Assembly (NCBI GenBank): GCA_029838215.1
Contig: JALGVI010000100.1
Location: 1 to 14,248 of the forward strand
Source: Candidatus Helarchaeota archaeon
Lineage (GTDB): Archaea > Asgardarchaeota > Lokiarchaeia > Helarchaeales > RDOG01
DNA length: 14,248 nucleotides
Reading direction: 5' to 3'
Under the pieces are notes generated by a model, which made no database searches, had not been told where the DNA came from, and saw only the letters and a program-made list of their open reading frames with translations. The translations under genes and the position numbers were made by a program. Of this stretch, positions 7,618 to 14,248 are shown in pieces (position 1 is the first letter of the stretch; the number at the start of each line of letters is the position of its first letter).

Positions 7618-10600
7618 TCAGGTTCTATCTTTCAGGTGCATTTTTGGAAAGATATTCAACGATAGAAGTTCTTGCAACAAGAGCTTGAATGCATAGCTAA
7701 CGGTGACTTTTGAAATAACGGTTTTATCCCCACAAATTGGGCAATACATCTTATCTTTATTTCTATCAAAGACACCTATCATTCCACACTCTTCGCAAAC
7801 GAGTATTTCGCTTTTATCGGACTCATCAAGCAATCGTTCTTTTAATAAGAGTGCTGCGCCATGTCCGATTAGACAATCACGTTCCATTTCACCGAATCTC
7901 AAGCCACCTTCACGAGCCCGTCCTTCAGTTGGTTGTCGCGTGAGGATCTGCACGGGACCTCGTGCGCGAGCATGTATCTTGTCAGCAACCATGTGATGTA
8001 ATTTCTGGTAATATACGACTCCGACGAAGATATCGGTCTGAAACTTTTTTCCTGTCGTTCCATTATACATGGCTTCTCGTCCCGTGTGTTGGAATCCACG
8101 TTTTCTCAATTCTTCGTGTAAAATGGTGGGATGAACTCCAGAGAATGCCGTTCCATCGATTCTTTGCCCTGCCATGGCACCTAACTTGCCTGCAATTGCT
8201 TCAAAGACCTGTCCTAATGTCATCCGTGAAGGAATGGCATGAGGATTAATTATTAAGTCCGGCACGACGCCTTCTGCCGTAAATGGCATATCTTCTTGAG
8301 GAACGATCAATCCCAACACGCCTTTTTGTCCGTGTCGAGAAGCAAATTTATCACCGAGTTCAGGCACGCGTTCATCCCGTACCTTTATTTTCACCAATCG
8401 ATTTCCATCAATTGTTTCCGAAAGTATTACTGTATCGACCACACCTTTTTCCCCGTGACGCATGTTCACGGAAGTTTCTCGGCGAATAGGAGCAGGTAAT
8501 TCGAATTCTCGGTATTCTTCTAAGAACCTTGGAGGACTGGTACGACCAATTAAAACGTCTCCCCCTTGGATTTCGACCTCGGGTTCGATGATACCATCTT
8601 CGCCAAGATGCCGATATGCATCCGAAGCACGATACCCTCTAACAGATCGATCTGGGATCTCAAACTTGTCTTCTTGTCCACCAGGATATTTTCTTTCTTC
8701 TGCATCGTAGCAACGGAAAAAGGAAGAACATCCGACACCTCTTTCCAGTGATGCCTTGTTGATAATTAGGGCATCTTCAATGTTATATCCCTGAAAGGAG
8801 ATGATTCCAATTATGAAGTTTTGACCTGCAGGTCTTTGATCAAATCCAATGGCTTTCATGGCTTTGGTCTTTACGATGGGAATCTGCGGGTAATGTAAAA
8901 GATGACTTCGCGTGTCAACCCGAAGGTTAAAATTCGTGCTGAATACTCCCAAGGCTTGTTTTGCCATTCCCGCCTCGTATGTATTTCGCGGAGATTGATT
9001 ATGTTCAGGATAGGGAATTACCGCCGCAGTGATTCCAAGTATTGTAGACGGAGCGATCTCAAGATGAGTATGTTCAGGAGTTAATAATAAATTACCCTCT
9101 TTATCATGTTCATACATTGAAATCAAGCAATTTTCTTCTTCTTCAGCATCAAGATATTCTACAATCTGATTGCGCAAGAGATCAGACCACTTCCATTCTC
9201 CCGTTTTTAGTTTGGTAATGTGTTCGGGTTTGAGCCTTGATTGGCCGTTTTCCACTATTATTAACGGTCGTCTTGCCCTTCCACCATCGCAATTAATCTG
9301 GATCTCATTCGCTTCCTTGTAATAAGCGATATTGACTTCATGATCGATCTCTCCAGCTCTGCGTTTTGAATGAATTTGTCTCACGAAATCATCGGGATCA
9401 AGATGTAGTCCTATGAGGCGACCATTTAAGAAGACACTGGTTCCAGTTCTTATCTTCTTCTTGCGGATCTCACTGATGAGTTGCACGCCCAAATCTAAGA
9501 TGGTATTTTCTACTTTATTTTCATCAGTACCTACAGATATGTAAGACATCAGAGTTAGATTCTTGACCAATCCACAGTTAGGACCTTCTGGTGTTTCATT
9601 TGGGCAAATTTTACCCCAATGCGTGGGATGTAAATCTCGGGCTTCGAAATGTGGCTGACTTCTGCTGAGAGGTGAAACAACACGACGTAAATGGCTGAGT
9701 GCTGATATATAATTTGTCCTGTCAAGCAATTGAGAAACGCCTGCCTTGCCACCCACCCAGTTTCCCGTTGCTAAAGCATGTCGCAACCGCTCTGTCACGA
9801 CATCTGCTCGAACTGCAGTGCGGATATTGGGTCGCCGCCCTCGAACTGCAGTACGTTCTAATTGATATTTAATATCCCTGCATAAATTCAAAAATGCAAC
9901 ACGAAACAAGGAAGTTAATAAATCACCCGCCAACTTCAGGCGCTTATTAGCATAATGGTCCTTGTCATCTTGCTCGCGCTTGTTAAGGGATAATTCTAAT
10001 AGTCGTTGTGCCATTTGTCCCAAGTAATAAGCTTTATTAATTCGATCTTTGCCGGTGCGTCCGATATGCGGTAATAAATACTTATCTAGGACTTGCCTAG
10101 CCCGTCTTAATCGGTATTCACGAGTTTGACCGACTGCTACTCTTTTTCCGATGAAGTCCAGAGCATTTTCATTCGTTGCTTTTTGATCTTTTGCAACATA
10201 TAAAGGAGCGGCGGCTTCCAACGTTGGAATTAAGATCCTCCCAATCTCGGGATCTTGTGATATCGCTTCAATTATTTCCTTGTCTGTCGTTAAACCCAAT
10301 GCTCGAATAATTACGGCAAGCGGGATCTTTCCCGGAACCGAAGGAAAAGACACGCGGAGAGAGCCATCGCGCCGTTTTTCTAAAGTTACAGGTGCTCTAA
10401 AACCCTGAGATGTTGAAAAGACTTTTGCAACGTACGTAGCTGAAACGCTCTGGCTCGCTTCTTCTATTAAAATCCGGTTTGGAGCAAGATCTTCTCTAGT
10501 TACTAACACGCGTTCCGATCCATTGATTATAAAATAACCGCCGGGATCTCTGGGATCTTCCCCGAATTTAGGCAAGTCTTCTTCGGAGATGTTCTTCAAG

Positions 10601-11016
10601 AGGCAAACATTTGAACGCAACATGATAGGTAGTCGGCCAATGTAAACATCTTCCGTCTCGCCCTCAACTTCTAAGTTCGTTCGTTCGTCCTTAAAGACCG
10701 GTGTCATCTCCAAACGCAAGGCAGAAGAATAAGTCAAATTACGAATACGTGCCTCAATGGGAAAAATGGGTTTCATGGAACCATCGGCTTCACGAATTGT
10801 TGGTTCGCCAATGGTGATTTTTCCTAATTTAACGTAAAATTGAGAAATATCAAATTCAATTTTACCTTGTTCATCAACGATTTGTTGCATTTGATGTTCG
10901 ATAAAATAATTATAAGAATCAAGATGTTGCCTGACTAGCCCTTTTTCCTTGAAAAAGGCTTGCATCAAGTCCCAATTTTCAGGCTCACTTTCAATAACAC
11001 CCAATAACGTCACCAA
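7618..11016 (-). CDS. rpoB: DNA-directed RNA polymerase subunit B (Rpo2), unsplit
   Basis: 1132 aa. GLVRQHLDSYN, GGYFIINGSERV, CPNETPEGPNCGLVKNL, GDKFASRHGQKG, YYQKLHHMVADK, GGLRFGEMERDC and a C-terminal Zn ribbon CEECG...CPICG. No intein or frameshift seen. Start is TTG 11016 or GTG 11013. Confidence 0.99.
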   Translation of the reverse strand: MVTLLGVIESEPENWDLMQAFFKEKGLVRQHLDSYNYFIEHQMQQIVDEQGKIEFDISQFYVKLGKITIGEPTIREADGSMKPIFPIEARIRNLTYSSALRLEMTPVFKDERTNLEVEGETEDVYIGRLPIMLRSNVCLLKNISEEDLPKFGEDPRDPGGYFIINGSERVLVTREDLAPNRILIEEASQSVSATYVAKVFSTSQGFRAPVTLEKRRDGSLRVSFPSVPGKIPLAVIIRALGLTTDKEIIEAISQDPEIGRILIPTLEAAAPLYVAKDQKATNENALDFIGKRVAVGQTREYRLRRARQVLDKYLLPHIGRTGKDRINKAYYLGQMAQRLLELSLNKREQDDKDHYANKRLKLAGDLLTSLFRVAFLNLCRDIKYQLERTAVRGRRPNIRTAVRADVVTERLRHALATGNWVGGKAGVSQLLDRTNYISALSHLRRVVSPLSRSQPHFEARDLHPTHWGKICPNETPEGPNCGLVKNLTLMSYISVGTDENKVENTILDLGVQLISEIRKKKIRTGTSVFLNGRLIGLHLDPDDFVRQIHSKRRAGEIDHEVNIAYYKEANEIQINCDGGRARRPLIIVENGQSRLKPEHITKLKTGEWKWSDLLRNQIVEYLDAEEEENCLISMYEHDKEGNLLLTPEHTHLEIAPSTILGITAAVIPYPEHNQSPRNTYEAGMAKQALGVFSTNFNLRVDTRSHLLHYPQIPIVKTKAMKAIGFDQRPAGQNFIIGIISFQGYNIEDALIINKASLERGVGCSSFFRCYDAEERKYPGGQEDKFEIPDRSVRGYRASDAYRHLGEDGIIEPEVEIQGGDVLIGRTSPPRFLEEYREFELPAPIRRETSVNMRHGEKGVVDTVILSETIDGNRLVKIKVRDERVPELGDKFASRHGQKGVLGLIVPQEDMPFTAEGVVPDLIINPHAIPSRMTLGQVFEAIAGKLGAMAGQRIDGTAFSGVHPTILHEELRKRGFQHTGREAMYNGTTGKKFQTDIFVGVVYYQKLHHMVADKIHARARGPVQILTRQPTEGRAREGGLRFGEMERDCLIGHGAALLLKERLLDESDKSEILVCEECGMIGVFDRNKDKMYCPICGDKTVISKVTVSYAFKLLLQELLSLNIFPKMHLKDRT

Positions 11017-11153
11017 ATTCTAATTAATTCCGAAATTAAAAACTTCTTTCCATGTATGGAATATGAAATTGTCTCTCACTGAGAATGACCGATACAAAAA
11101 TGAAGTTCAATAAATTACATGTCAATTTCTGCAAATCTAAAGTCTTAAAGAAG

Positions 11154-11168
11154 TTTAAAAATTTTTCG
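11154..11168 (-). promoter_or_regulatory. Candidate BRE + TATA promoter for rpoB
   Basis: Minus strand reads CGAAAAA T TTTTAAA, a close match to the archaeal BRE-TATA consensus. It would give a leader of roughly 110 nt. Confidence 0.5.
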
Positions 11169-11506
11169 CATTTAACAAGCTGCTCAATTCCTTGATAGAA
11201 CCAAAAATAAAATTCAAGTCTCCAAAAAGTCCAGTTCCCATTCCACGAAAATCGAGACCATTTGAACGAAAATTTTTACTTGCACGTGCCACTTTTAGCT
11301 ACCGATCCTTTTCCATATGATTTATGACGATCTCTCGGTCCTTGATTCTTACTCCGTCAAGCCGAATGTCGGGAAATTTTCCCTTACCGAAACAATTATA
11401 TCATGAAAAATTTTAAAAGAATGGAGTACTTGCCTATTGATACGAATGAATCTCTTTTACCTTGTTAAGACATTCGCAGAAAATAGATGATCTTTATAGG
11501 AATTAA

Positions 11507-11583
11507 GGGCTTGTAGCTCAGCTAGGTAGAGCACCGGGCTTTTAACCCGATGGTCGAGGGTTCAAACCCCTTCAAGCCCGCCA
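11507..11583 (+). tRNA. tRNA-Lys (anticodon UUU), intron-less, CCA encoded
   Basis: Cloverleaf: acceptor GGGCTTG/CAAGCCC, D stem GCTC/GAGC, anticodon loop CTTTTAA, T arm GAGGG-TTCAAAC-CCCTT, discriminator G followed by CCA. Confidence 0.98.
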
Positions 11584-11608
11584 TATTTCACTAATTTTAT
11601 TAAAAATA

Positions 11609-12304
11609 TCACTGAATTGATAAGATTGAAAAAATTTCGTTGAGATTTTTTATCTCATAATCGGGAGAAACCAGTGGAATCATGTCTTGGTTATGATGTC
11701 TCTTGATCAAGATGCTCTTAATGCCTGCATTCTTACCTGCCTTGATGTCGAGGCTCGTATCTCCAATGATAAACGTGTTTTCAGGGTGCAGTCCGTGAAT
11801 CTTCATGAATTCTTGAATTTTCACAGGTGATGGCTTGGCATGAATTTGTTCAACCGAACCCAAAAAATAAGTCTGGTCGAAGATTCCCATATCCAAATTG
11901 AAGACGGAAAATTGCATTATCGCAATTTTCGGCGGCGTGTTACTGAGAATGCCTTTCTTGATGTTTGGATATTGACGTAATTTATTAAGGACTTCCCTAG
12001 CATCAGGAAAGAGATATACTGTTTGTTCATGGATCATTTTCTTGCGTTCGAGATAATCTTGCTCGTCAAACTCATACCAGAATAAATCGGTATTGTCAAT
12101 ACCCCATTCGATTAATATCTTTTCAAAATTTCGACCCGAATGCCAAAAAGCTCGTATCTCTTTTTGAGAAAGATTTTTCTTACAAGAAGAGAGTTTTTTT
12201 ACCACTTCTTGAAGTATTGTATCAAGAGTCGAAAAAAAGTGAGGAGGAACAGCAAAGATCGTTCCATCCATGTCAAATAATAGACCAAATGTTTGAGTTG
12301 ACAT
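11609..12304 (-). CDS. HAD-superfamily hydrolase, subfamily IA (phosphoglycolate phosphatase-like)
   Basis: Motif I FDMDGT, motif II ILSNT, motif III KPSP, motif IV IIGDTSLDIKAGKNAG. Confidence 0.92.
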   Translation of the reverse strand: MSTQTFGLLFDMDGTIFAVPPHFFSTLDTILQEVVKKLSSCKKNLSQKEIRAFWHSGRNFEKILIEWGIDNTDLFWYEFDEQDYLERKKMIHEQTVYLFPDAREVLNKLRQYPNIKKGILSNTPPKIAIMQFSVFNLDMGIFDQTYFLGSVEQIHAKPSPVKIQEFMKIHGLHPENTFIIGDTSLDIKAGKNAGIKSILIKRHHNQDMIPLVSPDYEIKNLNEIFSILSIQ

Positions 12305-12343
12305 GCTTAATTTCCTTTTTACAATGTTTAAAAAAGTCTTCGG

Positions 12344-14248
12344 TTATTCACAGCGGCGTCCTGTCATCTCTAGAGCCATGTTGTCGAATTTCTCAATGGT
12401 TTTCAGGCTCACGCTGGGTCGTATTGTTCGGATGGCTTCGATAAAATTTGACATGCTTACTTTCTCAAAGTTTGGGTTTTGACGCAAGCCGATCATAACA
12501 GCCTCTCGACATACGTTTTCAATATCGGCTCCGCTGTAATTTTCGGTCAGGCTTGCCAGTTGTTTCAAGTCGACGTCTTCTGTCAATGGCATGCCTTTCG
12601 TGTGTATCTCTATGATTTTTAGCCGAGCTTCGGTATTTGGCATGGGGATGTAAATTAGTTTGTCAAGGCGACCTGGTCGGATTAAAGCGGGATCTAATAA
12701 TTCAGGTCGGTTGGTGGCGGCAACCACCACGATCTGCTTCAGATCCTGAATTCCGCTTAATTCAGAAAGAAGTTGATTCACGACAGTATCAATAACCTTG
12801 CTACTTGAACCTGACGATCCTCTTTCTGGTGCAATTGCATCAATTTCATCGAAAAATACAATGCTGGGAGAAGTTTGTCGTGCTTTTCGGAATATTTCCC
12901 GAATGGCTCTTTCGCTTTCACCTACCCACTTGCTAAAAATCTCAGGCCCTCTAACAGGAATGAAATTTACCTCAGAATGTGTTGCCACGGCTTTTGCGAG
13001 TAGGGTTTTTCCAGTTCCAGGACAACCAAAGAGGAGCACGCCATTTGTCGGTTTTATGTTGAACTTTTCAAAAATTTCTGGCTTTCGAATGGGAAGATCC
13101 ACAGCTTCAATCAAATCTTGAATGACTTGATCCAGTCCACCAACTTGATCCCACGTAACATTTGGAACTTCAACCATGATTTCGCGTAGGGCAGAAGGTT
13201 CAACGATCTTCATTGCCTCTTCAAAATCCTTTTTTATCACCTTCAAGTCCATCAATACTTCAGGTGAGACTTTTGCTTCTTGAAAATTGATTTTTGATCG
13301 AATTCGACGAAGAGCAAACATGGCTGCTTCACGGCATAATGATGCCAAGTCCGCACCCACGAAACCATGAGTTCTTCGTGCATATTCTTCTAAGTTTACG
13401 TTTTCAAGCGGCATGCCGCGCGTATGAATTTCTAAGATTTCCAGTCGTCCCTTTCGATCTGGCACGCCAATCTCTATTTCACGATCGAATCGCCCTGGTC
13501 GTCGTAAGGCTAAATCAATGGCATTCGGACGATTGCTTGCCGCAATCACGATAACATTATTTCTAAATTTTAGACCATCCATGAGGGCTAAAAGTTGAGC
13601 CACGACACGCCGCTCGACTTCGCCAGTAACATTTTCCCGTTTTGGGGCAATGCTATCAATTTCATCAATGAATATGATGCTTGGAGCATTTTTTTCTGCT
13701 TCGTCAAAAATTTGACGGATTCTTTTTTCTGACTCACCATAAAACTTCGACATAATCTCTGGTCCATTAATTGAAATAAAATAGGAGTCAGATTCATTTG
13801 CAACGGCTTTTGCCAATAGCGTCTTTCCGCATCCGGGCGGTCCCTGCAATAAAACTCCTGCCGGTGCCTGTATACCCAAGCGATCAAATAATTCTGGATA
13901 ACGTAATGGCAATTCTATGATCTCGCGAATACGAAGAATTCTATCATCCAATCCTCCAATATCCTCATACGTGACATCCGGTATGCGCGTGCCTTCAGCT
14001 TCAAGTTTTTCGGGTAATTTTGGTATTACCGTAATATCTGTCGTGTCTTTAATTTGCACTATTCCTGAAGGGCGAGTTTTGCAAACCTTGAATTTTTTCT
14101 CGCCCAATGAAATTCCTTTAACGTGAGAAATTACATCATATGTTTTAACGGGTCTGCCTTCAAGAGTTTTTTTAATTGCGGCCGCAACAGGCTCCAAGGC
14201 ATCTGCCTTTAATATGCCTCTTATTGGTGCAATTAAAATTTCGAGTGC
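12344..14248 (-). CDS. cdc48: Cdc48/VCP/p97-family double AAA+ ATPase, 5'-truncated by the window edge
   Basis: Frame is open to position 14248 ([11 protein letters not shown]... precedes the track start), so the TTG at 14197 is not the true start. D1: [24 protein letters not shown]2: [23 protein letters not shown]. Pore loops KFYGESE and KWVGESE. Confidence 0.96.
   Translation of the reverse strand, partial: ALEILIAPIRGILKADALEPVAAAIKKTLEGRPVKTYDVISHVKGISLGEKKFKVCKTRPSGIVQIKDTTDITVIPKLPEKLEAEGTRIPDVTYEDIGGLDDRILRIREIIELPLRYPELFDRLGIQAPAGVLLQGPPGCGKTLLAKAVANESDSYFISINGPEIMSKFYGESEKRIRQIFDEAEKNAPSIIFIDEIDSIAPKRENVTGEVERRVVAQLLALMDGLKFRNNVIVIAASNRPNAIDLALRRPGRFDREIEIGVPDRKGRLEILEIHTRGMPLENVNLEEYARRTHGFVGADLASLCREAAMFALRRIRSKINFQEAKVSPEVLMDLKVIKKDFEEAMKIVEPSALREIMVEVPNVTWDQVGGLDQVIQDLIEAVDLPIRKPEIFEKFNIKPTNGVLLFGCPGTGKTLLAKAVATHSEVNFIPVRGPEIFSKWVGESERAIREIFRKARQTSPSIVFFDEIDAIAPERGSSGSSSKVIDTVVNQLLSELSGIQDLKQIVVVAATNRPELLDPALIRPGRLDKLIYIPMPNTEARLKIIEIHTKGMPLTEDVDLKQLASLTENYSGADIENVCREAVMIGLRQNPNFEKVSMSNFIEAIRTIRPSVSLKTIEKFDNMALEMTGRRCE

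Noticed and set aside
7511-9752. Short ORFs overlapping rpoB, and similar shadows over the ABC, tsr3 and cdc48 genes
   Set aside because: They are antisense or off-frame shadows of highly conserved genes.
11299-11301. Pyrrolysine read-through of the in-frame TAG
   Set aside because: No pyl genes or tRNA-Pyl in the window and no recognisable protein on either side of the stop.
11020-11390. Short palindromes upstream of rpoB (TTCCAT-GT-ATGGAA, TCTCA-C-TGAGA, GCACGTGC, GGGAAA-T-TTTCCC)
   Set aside because: Arms of 4-6 bp with unrelated sequences are expected by chance; no shared operator consensus.
11507-11620. tRNA-Lys as an integration site (att)
   Set aside because: No duplicated tRNA 3' end and no integrase in the window; a housekeeping HAD gene converges 25 bp downstream.
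1-14248. CRISPR array, IS element, intein or tRNA intron
   Set aside because: No spaced repeats, transposase motifs, terminal inverted repeats, intein-sized insertions or bulge-helix-bulge intron were seen.

Overview
Chromosomal, mostly housekeeping region of an AT-rich archaeon. An unsplit RpoB, an intron-less archaeal tRNA, a type A RNase P RNA and Tsr3 point to a TACK/Asgard-type organism; an Asgard lineage is my inference from RpoB sequence style. Left to right: a truncated glycoside hydrolase/phosphorylase-like gene missing from the ORF track, a SAM methyltransferase, a small membrane protein, a stand-alone BrxD-like P-loop ATPase, the RNase P RNA gene (3169-3572, minus) with clear promoter and terminator, tsr3, a two-gene type VII ABC module with an unusually small permease, two unknown membrane proteins flanking a YkgJ-type Cys-cluster gene, rpoB, tRNA-Lys(UUU), a HAD hydrolase and a 5'-truncated Cdc48. 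No mobile element, CRISPR array or obvious multi-gene novel system was found. The most notable points are an A in place of the near-universal bulged U in RNase P helix P4, rpoB lying outside the canonical rpoH-B-A1-A2 operon, the orphan BrxD-like ATPase, and a FtsX/MacB-type permease lacking its extracellular domain.
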